NCBI GenBank assembly: GCA_038087875.1
Contig: JAXLNO010000101.1
Coordinates: 186,001-216,124 of the forward strand
DNA length: 30,124 bases
Reading direction: 5' to 3'
From: Malacoraja senta
Lineage: Eukaryota
In this document: one piece after another, positions 9,496-20,369 of the stretch
Layout: each line of letters opens with the position of its first letter
Numbering within the stretch: the first letter of the stretch is position 1
Made by a program: the position numbers and the translations under genes
Notes under the pieces: model-generated
The model's database searches: none
What the model saw: the letters and a program-made list of their open reading frames with translations, nothing else
Told to the model about the DNA's origin: nothing

Positions 9496-9645
9496 CTATT
9501 TCCCCTTCACCCATCTGCCCAAGCCCACTCTCCCCTCTCCTTTCCTATGATCCTTTCCACCCATAAACCTCTCTCTGCCTTTACATTTCACTCCTCTGTC
9601 AAATCTGCACTACTTATCTACATGCATTTTTCTTCTTAACTTTTT

Positions 9646-9895
9646 AGTCATAGAATGATGCAGTGTGGAAACAGGCCCTTCAGCCCAACTTTCCCACACC
9701 GACCAACATGTCCCATCTAAACTAGTCCCACTCACACGCGTTTGGCCCATATCCATCTAAATCTGTCCTATCCATGTACGTGGCCAAATGTCTCTTAAAC
9801 ATTAGGATAGTCCCAGCCTTAACTACCTCCTCTGGCAGCTTGTTCCATACACCCAGCACCCTTGGTGTGAAAAATCTACCTCTCAGATTCCTGTT
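9646..9895 (-). mobile_element. CR1 LINE 3' end
   Basis: RNLRGRFFTPRVLGVWNKLPEEVVKAG plus CR1 3' UTR. Confidence 0.85.
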
Positions 9896-10118
9896 AATTT
9901 CTGAAATATTGGTCATAAATTTGGTGCAAAAATGCTCCAAAATAAGGCTCAGAATGCATCAGAGAGCATCTAAAACCCCAGAGAGCAGCTAAAACCCTTA
10001 AGCGGTCCCTGGACCCCGGCATCGAGGGAGTTCACGCAGCGCGCACATTATTTCAGATCACAATTGTTTGTAATCCTGTCATGCCACCCCCCTTTTTGGA
10101 AAGCTTCGTACGGGCCTG
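9896..10118. mobile_element. Probable non-autonomous DNA transposon fragment (one hAT-like CAGG terminus)
   Basis: Unrelated sequence between two CR1 pieces, ending in ...GTACGGGCCTG (reverse complement CAGGCCCGTAC); second end not found. Confidence 0.35.
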
Positions 10119-10119
10119 C

Positions 10120-10575
10120 ATGCCACATCTATACTAATCCCACCTGCCTGCTCTTTGTCTGTATCCCTCCAAACCATATCATTCTATGTACCTGTTTAAC
10201 TGTTTCTTAAACGGTGGCATAGTCCCAGCCTCATCTCCCTCTTAACCTTGAACCTATGTCAGCTCGTCCTCGATTCCCCTAATCTGGGAAAGAGTGTGAA
10301 TCTACCCATTCTAGTCCTCTCATGAATGTGTACACCTCTATAATATCACCCGTCATCCTGCTGCGCTCAAAGGAATAGAGATCCAGCGTACTCAACCTCT
10401 CCCTATTGCTCACATCCTCTAGTTCTGGCAATATCCTCGTAAATCCTCTCTCAACCCTTTCGAACTTGACAATATCTTCCTTACAGCATGGTTCCCAGAA
10501 CTAAACACAATATTCTAAATGCGGCCTCACCAACGTCTTATACAACTGCAACATGACCTCCCAACCTCTATACTC
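10120..10575 (-). mobile_element. CR1 LINE 3' fragment
   Basis: Degenerate CR1 ORF2 C-terminus, homologous to 8160-8260 and 8511-9075. Confidence 0.8.
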
Positions 10576-10778
10576 TACGCTAGAAAAAGTGTTTCGCCCA
10601 TGCTTTATCGAATACTTGTAATTTAATTAATTCATTCATTCATATTCATTAAGTCATTTAATTACAGTAGATTGTGAAGAATGCACCGAGTGTGAGAGCG
10701 GTGGTTACTGAATCCGCCTTCCTTTCCCCATTAAAACATATTGAGGGTAGAGATGTGAGACTTACACGAGATACACAA

Positions 10779-11058
10779 GGTCGGCACAGTGACGCAGGTA
10801 GTAGAGCTACTGAATCACAGCGCCAAAACTCCGGGTTCGATCCTGACCTAAGCTGTTTTGCGTTTGCACCTACCCCTTGCCTCCCTGTGAGTTTCCTCCA
10901 ATTGCTTCGGTTTCTTCCTCCTCCCGAAGACCTATGGCTTTGCAGGTTACTTGGATTCAGTGAAAACACCCATTGTGTGCAGGGTGTGGATGCGGGCGTG
11001 GTATAACGTGTCACCAGTGTGAAGGGATCAATGATCAACGTCGATGGCGGAAGGCCCT
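10779..11058 (+). mobile_element. tRNA-derived SINE (HE1-like), diverged
   Basis: GGCACAGTGACGCAGG A-box-like start, B box GGTTCGATCC, CR1-like 3' end (GAAGGCCCTG). Confidence 0.75.
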
Positions 11059-11059
11059 G

Positions 11060-11285
11060 GAGTATATGGAATGACCTGAATGGGACAGGCATTTCATTTT
11101 ATTGGTTGCCTATCCGAAGTAGCGTGGTGTAGATGGAATCATTGGTGAGATATCCCGTTTGTCTGGTGGACTGGGATACATAGTCAACTCTGTAATTCTT
11201 CGAATTCCCAAACCAAACAGTGATGGGACGTGCCAGAATGTTGTCCATGTGTATTAGCAGACATTTGTAAGAGTCCTAGGAGACA
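11060..11285 (-). mobile_element. Rex1/Babar LINE 3' fragment, highly degenerate
   Basis: Similar to other Rex1 3' regions in the window (e.g. 14450-14690). Confidence 0.5.
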
Positions 11286-11293
11286 ATAGTTAT

Positions 11294-12540
11294 GGGCGGC
11301 ACGGTGGCGCTGCGATAGTGTTGTTGTCATTCAGCGCTTGCAGCGCCAGAGACCTGAGATCGATCCTGGCTACGAGTGCTGATCTTTACGGAGTTTGTAC
11401 CTTCTCCCCGCGATAAATACCACCAGGGGCGCCGGGGAGATGGCTGCCCTGCCGGCAGTCTGTATGTTTGTTCTTTCATTTTGTTATTTTTTCGTGCGTT
11501 AAAAGTTTGTTTTAATGTTCTTCGGTTTGTTTTATGTGGGGGAGGGGGGAGGGGGAGGGGAAAACGTTTTTTTTTCATGTTCCTACCTTCCCGGTGATGT
11601 GATCAATTTTCGGATCACATTCTCCGGGCTCTGCGGCCTACCATCGATGGAGCTGGAAGCCTCCTCGGACTACACAAAAAATGCTGAAGAAACACAACGG
11701 GTGCAGCGGCATATATGGAGCGAAGGAAATAGGCAACGTTTTGTGCCGAAACCCTTCTTCAGACTGGTTCTCTAGGCCCCCATCCTCTCATCTTCACCAT
11801 GGACGAAGCCTCCTCGGACTGTCGTGAGCCCCACCGCGGGGCGCGGACTTAACATCGGAGATGATCCCTTGCCTGGGATCGCTCCCACCGCTACCACCGC
11901 GGTCTTCCCATCAAGAGCTCGCAGTCGGGAGAGGCCGAGTCGCGAACTCCAACGTCGCGGAAGGTTCGACCAGCCCCGACGCGAGGTTCGATCGCCCGGA
12001 GTGGGGGAGCTGGCATCCCCCCTCCCCCCGATGCGGGAGCAGATCGCCCCGACGCGGAGGGCCCCAACGCCGCCGGCTACGGGAGTCAAGATCATCCCGT
12101 CAACGGGGGCTCGAGGCTCACGATCGGGGAAGAACAGAAGGAAGAGACTTGAACTTTATTTCGCCTTCCATCACAGTGAGGAATGTGTAGGAGTCACTGT
12201 GGTGGATGTTCATGTTAAAATGTGTTTTTTTGAGTGATCTGTTACTTTTAATTTTATGACTGGCCTGGCAAATGAAATTCCTCGTATGTTGCAAAACATA
12301 CTTGGCGAACACAGTGTGATTCTGATTCTGATTCTGATTCTGATTCTGATTCTGATCCTAATTCTGATCTGCGTAGGTTTCCTTCCACACTGTGGTTTGT
12401 GGGTTAATGGGCTTGGTAAAAGTGTCAATTGTCTCTAGTATGTAGGATATTGTTAATGTGCGGGGATCGCTGGTCGGGGCGGACTTGGTGGGGCGAAGGT
12501 CAGAATCCTCGCTGTATCTCTAAACTAAACTAAAACTAAA
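11294..12540 (+). mobile_element. tRNA-derived SINE (HE1-like) split by a ~950-bp insertion: 5' part 11294-~11412, 3' part ~12367-12540
   Basis: GGGCGGCACGGTGGCGC start; resumes at CTGCGTAGGTTTCC; ends TGTATCTCTAAACTAAACTAAA; collinear with the intact copy at 28471-28780. Confidence 0.8.
11421..12369 (+). mobile_element. Non-autonomous GC-rich retroposon with 3' stem-loop and (ATTCTG)n tail; contains a Penelope terminal fragment (minus, ~11672-11766)
   Basis: Shares 5' and 3' blocks with 15895-16612 and 24253-25081; stem TCCATCACAGTGA/TCACTGTGGTGGA at 12167-12206; ~8 ATTCTG-type units at 12319-12369. Confidence 0.7.
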
Positions 12541-12544
12541 TACG

Positions 12545-13960
12545 CCATTTTCCTTTAGTCTCCTCAGGGCCCAGAGTTGGTAGTGTGTCTTTTGGATTTT
12601 GCTTTAACATGGATGGTCCACACTAAACCGTTGATCATTTCAGGCCAAATAACATTGAAGATCTCCATCAATTCCACTTCGGCTCCATTGATGGTGGTTG
12701 GGGCACGCTTCTGAGGTCAATAACTAGTTCGGGTGTCAGGGGTTATGGGGAGAAGGCAGGAGAATGAGTTTACGAGAGAGAGAGATCGATCAGCCATGAT
12801 TGACGGGCGGAGCAGACTTGGTGGGCCGAATGGCCTAATTCTGCTCCTATCACTGATGACGTTATGACTATGGATTTCGTTTCAGAATAACTGTTGCTAT
12901 TCAATACCTTGTTCTTGCGTTTCTCTGTCCTTGTAATCCGTCTCGCTATTGTCCATCATATCATCCATATTTGTAGATGGGGTATAAACGAATGAGGTAA
13001 TGAGGTACCAACGTATTTGGCCGTAAGTCGTGGGTATATGGGAGCATAATAGGGGACTGAGAACGCAGACTTATGGGTCGACTCTATTGATAATTATCGT
13101 GGAGGAGGTGTTGTCACCTATCCTCACTGATCATGGTCCGTGGGTCGGAACGTCGAGGAAACAGTGTCGGAGATGGGGCGGGGGGTGGGAGAGGGGATTG
13201 TGCTTCCTACTAGGTCCAGGAGATTGGGGATGGGTTTGGATGGTACTGCAGTATTGAAGGCGGAGCAATAGCCGATGACGCTGGAATCCTTGTTGTGGAG
13301 ATGTTACAAAGATGTGTTTAGGGCCAGGGAAATGGCGTCTTCTCTGGATCTACTGCGACGGTAGAGTTATTGGGCGACAGCAACTAATGAATCTAGCACA
13401 GTTTTCCGCAGCATCGGGATTAAAGTAGTCTTCTTAAAGCAGGTGGGGGCATAATAATTGGGGACTTAACCATTTGACTCATCAGGGAGGGCCCAGTTGT
13501 TGCCATTAATACCGCCTGTCTTCACTTTGCAGCCGGTTTTGAGCAGGCAAGTCTTGCCACTGATATTTCTATCGTTCTCTCGAGACTGCTGCTTGGTCCA
13601 CAATTCTCTGTTGACATCCGTAATGGCTCTGCTAAGGTCGTGGATATATTTCTTGTACCGCTCAGGATCTTTTGTCTTGAACGTTGCCGACTTAGACTTC
13701 ACCTAGACTGGACATCCTGGTTTATCCGTGCTCTCCAATATGGAACACACTGTTGTATAATTTGATACACAGTCCTCATTACACTTGCTGATGAAGTCTG
13801 TGACATCAATCGCATATTCATCTAGGTTAGCCGCAGAATCCCTGAATATGGACCAGGCCACCGGTTCATGGCCGTTTGTTATATATATGGCCCAAAGCCA
13901 TATATTGCCCCTGTCCAGGAGCACACACGCGTCTCCATTCACACCCGTCCACACGTTCAT
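12545..13960 (-). mobile_element. Degenerate Rex1/Babar LINE ORF2 fragments, with a CR1 3' end inserted at ~12731-12860 (+)
   Basis: Minus-strand NLDEYAIDVTDFISKC, KDPERYKKYIHDLSRAI; CR1 tail GGGGTTATGGGGAGAAGGCAGG...GGGCCGAATGGCCTAATTCTGCTCCTAT. Confidence 0.7.
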
Positions 13961-14039
13961 ATCCGCCCCGAGCGATGCGTGTCCATCGCTGCGTCGATTG
14001 TCTTTTGCTTATATATTTAATGTTGCGGGTTAGGGCGCT

Positions 14040-14750
14040 CATAACAATTAAATTATTTATTGGTTCGCTATTGCTCTTCCTTCATCGTTGTCACGTCATC
14101 CAAGAGTGTTATCAAGTTTCATCATACCATGTATGAACATAATCAAGCCACACAGAATACAACATATAGTGCAAAGAGGAACATACTAGAATTCAGATGC
14201 CGTGTTACAGCTAAAGTGCGTATTAAACAAGTCAATGAATTCAGAGATCGGATTTACAGTTAAAGTTTATGAGGTCCGTCATTGGTCTGATAATATCGGG
14301 AAAAGATATATTCCTGGATGTTGTGGTACGTGATTTCAAGCCTTTGTGCTTAGACCGACGGGAGAGGGCAAGGAAGGAGTGGCCAGGGCGCGAGTGATCC
14401 TTGATCATGTTCGCTGCTGTTCAGAGGCAGTCTGAAGGGTAGATTCAGTAGATGGCGGTTGATAGGGAGGGGGGAGGCGGGACGTATGTGATGGACTGGA
14501 CTATATCTTCAACTCCGTGCAATTTCTTACAGTCTTCAACAAATGTGGTGGCAAACCTAACTGTGATGCTTCCCGATAGGTTGATATCTACGGCGCATCT
14601 GTCGGAATTGGTAAGACTCGTTGAATACATGCCGATTGTTCTTGGTTTTCTGAGGAGCTAGTGGCGTTTTCGTGTTTTCTTGGAAGTGGCGTCAGTGATT
14701 CAACCAAGACAAATTATTTTCGCCGAAAGACTTAATGCTCTCTCACTTAT
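14040..14750 (-). mobile_element. Rex1/Babar LINE 3' region
   Basis: RCAVDINLSGSITVRF...CKKLHGVEDIVQSIT (Rex1 C-terminal motif) and AATAAA-containing tail. Confidence 0.65.
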
Positions 14751-14779
14751 CTTATGCCCTTTGAGGAGATGTTCACTGA

Positions 14780-15548
14780 TGTAGCTGGTTAGATAGCAAG
14801 CGAGATAGTTAGATAGCTATCTGGCTCTCCAGATATATAGTTAGCTATATATCTGGCTATCTAGTTATCTAGCGAGCTATCTAACTATCTAACTACTACC
14901 GCTAGCTAGATATCTATTTCTCTAACTAATCTAACAATCTAACTAACTATAACCACGAGCTCTCTAGGTACCTAGTCAACTATCCAGCCTTCTACCCATC
15001 CAGCCATCTAGCCATCTAAGCATCGAGATAGATAGCTAGAAAGGTAGATAGCTAGCTATTTAGGTAGTTATCCTAGACAGCTTGATAGTTAGTGAGCTAG
15101 ATAGCTATACAGTGCTGTACACCTATCTAGTACTCCAGCCATCTAGCTATCAATCTAGGGTTCTAGCCGTCTGACCGTCCAGCCGGCTCGCCGTCCATCC
15201 ATCCAGCAAGCAGGTTACTTAGCTATCTAGCTACCTAGCTAGCCAGCAATCTAGCTATCTAGCTATCTAGCTATCTAGCTGCCCATTTGCTTTGCTAGTT
15301 GGCTAGTTATCTAGCTTTCTAACTTTCTAGCTATCTAACTTTCTAGCTATCTATCTGTCTAGCTATCTACACAGATATGTAACTATCTAGCTAACTATCC
15401 AGCTATTCAGCTATTTCACTATCTATCTGTCTAGCTATCTACACAGATATGTAGCTATCTAGCTGGCTATCCAGCTATTTTCTACCTGTCTATCTAGCTA
15501 TCTAGCTACGTTGCTACCTAGCTATCTAGCTATATTACTATATAGATA
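14780..15548. repeat. Low-complexity (TAGC/ATCT)n satellite with palindromic TAGCTA units
   Basis: Dense CTAGCTAT/ATCT repeats; ~60-bp direct repeat at ~15347-15407 and ~15419-15479. Confidence 0.9.
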
Positions 15549-15559
15549 TTTCGGTGATG

Positions 15560-15890
15560 AACCTGGATGGTATAACGGTGTTAACGGCAGAGCTGTAGTC
15601 AAGGAGCTGTGTACCTGTCGGAGTCTGACGCATGTGTCTCTCTTATCCAGGTGTTCCAGGGATGAGGGTGATGGCATTTCCCGTGAACCTGTTCTGGCGG
15701 TAGGCGAACTGCAGTGCGTCCAGGCCACGTGGTAGACATGATTTAATAGTCTCCTGAAACAATTCATGATGGTAGATGTCAAGGGCACAGTGCGGTTGTC
15801 CTTTGGGCCCGATATCTGGAAATTGCACAACACCAGATAATTATTGGATCACAGCTTCAATGTTTGAGGAGCCAAGATCAGAACTTCGAG
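15560..15890 (-). mobile_element. Rex1/Babar LINE RT fragment
   Basis: LTSTIMNCFRRL, LDALQFAYRQNR, LEHLDKRDTCVR. Confidence 0.75.
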
Positions 15891-15894
15891 CAGC

Positions 15895-16612
15895 TCAAAT
15901 GATTCAAATGACCGTTATTGTCACATGTACCAATTAAGGTGCAGTGATATGCGAATTACCATTCAGCCATACGAAACAAAAGCAACAAGACACACAATTA
16001 CATAAAAGTTAATATAAACATCCACCACAGCGGATTCCCCACATTCCTCACTGTGAAAGAAGGCACAGAAGTCCAACTTCTTCCTCTTCATACTCCGCGG
16101 TCGGGTCAGTTAAACCTTCCGCAGTCGGGGCGATCAAAGCCCCGCAGCCGACGATCGAAGCCCCCGTCGGGGTGATCATAACTCGCGCGTCGGGGCGGTT
16201 GAAACTCCCCCCGCGGCATGGAGCTCCCGAGTCGGCCTCTTCTTACCAGAGACAGCGAGATCCTCGATGTTAAAGTCCACAGGCCCCGCGGTTGGAGCTT
16301 CGATCCCCGGCAAAGCATCGCAAGTTCCGCGATGTTATAGTCCCGCAGACTCCCGTGGCTTGGAGCGCCGTATCGGTCTCCAGGAAAGGCCGCCAACTCC
16401 ACGGTGTCAGGGCACAGTGCGGACGGAGATACGAATAATCGCATCTCCGTCGAAGTAAGAGATTGAATACAAGTTCACCCCCCCCCCCCCCACACACACA
16501 CACAACCCCACATAAAACAAAACAAGGAAGACTAAAACATACTTTTTAACACATTAAACATAACAAAAAAGAAGAAAGGACAGACAGCCTGTTGGCGAGG
16601 CAGCCACTACTG
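15895..16612 (-). mobile_element. Non-autonomous GC-rich retroposon (same family as 11421-12369)
   Basis: Short-repeat tail at 15895-15910; 3' stem-loop at 16021-16060; CpG-rich middle; shared 5' block. Confidence 0.7.
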
Positions 16613-16779
16613 GTGCCTAGGTCAGTTCGCGGATAATATTGAAAGTAACCCCACCACTCGATGTCCTCGAGTTTGAACTGATACTGTCTATATATGGTAT
16701 ATATGATGTGTTTAGATAGTATGCAACATATCGTTTTCACTTGTGCTCGTGTAACAATAACAAACTTAAACCTGAAGCT

Positions 16780-19495
16780 CAAACCTAAAACGCCTCTCAT
16801 CTTAAAAGTCTACAACATCGCGATCCCAGGGGGATGGCTTATTGTTCCATTGTTCCAGTTATACACATGCACATTTAAATAACATTTTTACACACATTCT
16901 TTGTTTTGTGTTTTTTTACAGAACTCGAATTGTCCAACTGCGCTTGTCCAGTTGGACGGAGAACTGAATTATACAATGTGACTTGAACTAAGGTTATTGA
17001 TTCTCATAAATACACGGAGAATTCAGGATTTGACGGGAATAACCAACAATATTCAGCACGATATGCTATATAATACACTATACTCTGCATTCTGTATCTT
17101 CCTCCACGCTCCAACTACAGGATTTTAATTGATGTATCGATGTATGGCATATCTGGACTGAATAGATAGCGTGCAAAGCCACGCTTTCCACTGCATCTAG
17201 GAACATATGACAATAATAGACCAGCCTCACCTTACCTGATCTAATGATCTGATATAAGTAATAACCATGAACAGAGCGGGATGTTCGTACTACGATGGCT
17301 CTAAGAATGTCCATGTAACGGAAACAGTATTGATTAAACAAGTGAAGGTGTTGAATGGCGGTTAACTACAAATGAACTGTTGGACAAATGTGAAGACAAG
17401 GTGACGAGTGGGCGCGGCTGGAAGAACACAGTAAAACACCCGATACCGTATCGTGGACCGTATTAATTGCCGGGCATTTGCAATACAACATACAACATAA
17501 TATACTCAGCAGACTCAGAAAACTCAAATGTAATGTCAGAAGTAAATTATCTTACCTAAGTTTGTCCCTTATACCCAGCACCATCTTTGTATCAAGTCTT
17601 CACTTCAGGTTCCTTGTAAATCTTGCCCCTCTCACCTTAACCCTATGATATTTGATTTGTGATTCTACATCCTGGATAAAAGACTGCATTCATCCTAATT
17701 ATTCGTCTCACGATTTTGCACACTTTATATCATCACCCATCAGCTTCCTTCGTTCCAGTGAATAAAGTCCTCACCTCTCCCTACAGCTGGGACACACAAG
17801 GACATGGCAGTACAGTCCTGCTATAACTACTGACGGTGATACCACATGTGGAGAAACATGCAGAGACTGGACGTAGAGTCATAGCCACACAGCAGAGAAA
17901 CAGACCAGCAACTCTCTGTGTCCATGGTACCCAATTACTGAATCACATTTACTAGCAATTGGTCCACAGAATATTATGCCCTGTCTCTCTCTTTTAATGA
18001 AGGTGATACTCACCTTTGAAGCGGTGCAGAGTCCAAGTCCAGATTTATCCAGAGCTTAAAGTAGCTGTTAGACGATCACCAATTAATCAGATTCTCTACT
18101 GTGTACAGTTCCTAAGACCAACAAGTGAATTTATTGACATTGATTTGTGGGACTTTGCGACATCCTGTCAAGATAGACCTTCAATGCAATAAACAACGGG
18201 TATAAGGATGATTATGTTGGGATCAGAAGATCAGATTATGAATTCACCTTGGAGTGAGTGAGATGAGATGTAATTTACTCTCTCCGATATATCTGCATGG
18301 AGAGTACCCTCTCCACCAGAAAACGATGATGTCCATTTGTTAAATACATACAAGCGAAGTTCCTTGTGGACAAGAGGAAACTGAACACTAATGTGACCAG
18401 GTGTGGAAATGAACTTGATTCCAGGATCAGTTTGATAATTAATTGTCTGAACAGGCCTGAGCTTGGCATTGTGCGTGTGGCCGTGTGTACCTGTGTCCAT
18501 GGCCTAGGAATGTGCTCTGCCCTCTGCCACTGCTTCCTCGGCTCTGTGGCCCACGGACCTGAGTCAGTGACGATATGTGACAATATATCCTCCATAATAA
18601 CTCTCAACACCGGCGGGTGAAATCAAGGGTGATTTCTCCGTCCACTGCGATTCTCTCTTTACACTCTCCATTGTTCTCTGACGACAATCCCGTGATGGGC
18701 CGGATCAGGGACAATGATGAGGCGGAGTTCAGGGAAGAGATAATGTACCTACTCACATTGTGTCAGAACAATAGCCTCTCCATCAACATCATCAAGACGA
18801 AGGGGCTAGTTATTGATTCCTGGAAGCAAGGTGGAGTACATGCGTAAATCAGGATTAGTGGGGCGGAAGTGGAAATAGTTGAGGCTCAAGTTGTTCGGCG
18901 TTAATATTAACACTGATGTGTCCTGGATGAACCACACAGTTCAGACAACCAAGAAGGCACACTCGACTTCCGGAGGAGACTGACAAAACCTCAACAAACA
19001 TCTCCAGATGTGCCATTGAAAGCATAAGGTCAGGATGCATCACAGCCTGGTTTGGAAATAGTTCTAGCCAAGACGGCAAGATATTGCAGAGATATTTTCT
19101 ATTGTGTCCATGTATGGTGTGACTCGTCTGAGGGGATAGCATGCAAAACCAGGCTTTTCACTGCAACTACGTACATGCGACAATAATACAACTAGCCGAA
19201 CCCAGACAAATCTAATGATTGGAAATAAGTAACAACTGTGATCAGAGCGTGAATATAAGTACAATGATGGAGTCAAAGATTACCCACTTGACACAGCCGG
19301 TGTTTATATACAAGAGAAGTTGATGCATCCTTGTTAACCGCAAATGAACAGTTCGACAAATGCGTGAGAAGATGAGGTGTGGGGGGTAGGAGACAGAATA
19401 GAGTAAAATGCTGATACTTTATTGCGGACCGCAGTTATTGCTGGGCATCGGAAATAAAAGAGGAAAAAAGGATAAACCCAGAAGATTCAGAAGAC
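16780..19495. repeat. Segmental duplication, left copies (blocks Y 16780-17080, X 17230-17520, Z 17793-18500, Rex1 fossil 18500-19100, X' 19210-19495)
   Basis: Collinear homology with 22827-26265; anchors include a 29/30 match at 17828/22861, 18/18 at 18240/23275 and 39/40 at 18458/23506. Confidence 0.85.
17560..17790 (-). mobile_element. Degenerate CR1 fragment
   Basis: Similar to 26880-27075 and other CR1 3' ORF2 pieces. Confidence 0.6.
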
Positions 19496-19822
19496 GCAGG
19501 AAACATGGACGCAGGAAACATGTTCCCGATGTTGGGGGAGTCCAGAACCAGGGGCCACAGTTTAAGAATAAGGAGTAAGCCATTTAGAACGGAGACGAGG
19601 AAACACTTTTTCTCACAGACAGTTGTGAATCTGTGGAATTCTCTGCCTCAGAGGGCGGTGGAGGCCGGTTCTCTGGATGCTTTCAAGAGAGAGCGAGATA
19701 GGGCTCTTAAAAATAGCGGAGTCAGGGGATATGGGGAGAAGGCAGGAATGGGGTACTGATTCGGGATGATCAGCCATGATCACATTGAATGGCGGTGCTG
19801 GCTAGAAGGGCCGAGTGGTCCC
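19494..19822 (+). mobile_element. CR1 LINE 3' end (young subfamily)
   Basis: DAGNMFPMLGESRTRGHSLRIR...LWNSLPQRAVEAGSLDAFKR; nearly the same as 29350-29670. Confidence 0.92.
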
Positions 19823-20208
19823 TTGAGGCATACGGGCCGCGTGGGGCCGGTCCCACTTCGAAGCGCGGAAGCGTATGGAGTTGTGCGGGGCTGGTCCCGA
19901 CATCGCGCGGGGCTCCGAAAATCCTGCACTGTCCGAAAATTCCGCGCGCCAACGGCCTGTCTCCCCCGCAGGCGCATTGAGGGCGTACGCAGCGTACGCA
20001 GCGACGCAGCGACGCCAAAATTCAATCGGCCCGCCTCCTGCCCAGCTGATTGGTAAGTACGATGCGAATTACGTCAGGTGCGAACTTAGCGCGTACTTAC
20101 CGCGTACTTTGCGCGTACTTACCGCGAACTTAGCGCTAACAGCGCGAACTTCGCTCCCGTTTTGGTCGCGCCAAACGCATGCAGTCGCATACAAGTGGAA
20201 CAGGCCCT
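19823..20208. mobile_element. Non-autonomous PIF/Harbinger-like DNA transposon (MITE), CpG-rich
   Basis: GGGGCCGGTCCCACTT (19843-19858) inverted to AAGTGGAACAGGCCCT (20193-20208), followed by TTA; internal short CGCGTACTT repeats. Confidence 0.6.
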
Positions 20209-20369
20209 TTACTGTTTCGCAATTCATACGCCCGGAAACATTGGCGTTGCACCACGCTCTCGATGAGAGTGTAAACTGGTTCGTCAGCGCAACTCAACAT
20301 TGCTGCAGAATTAGTTGCTGCCCAACATTTATTACTCAACAGAAATAACCAAACCTGGCTACCTATTGC

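Noticed and set aside
12167..12206. RAG recombination signal heptamers CACAGTG/CACTGTG (also 24378-24410)
   Set aside because: No nonamer at 12/23 spacing and no V/D/J coding sequence; they are the arms of a retroposon 3' hairpin
18014..18070. Ig/TCR J segment on the minus strand (SGLG before a splice donor)
   Set aside because: No F/W-G-x-G-T, wrong intron phase, no RSS, and the motif is absent from the paralogous copy
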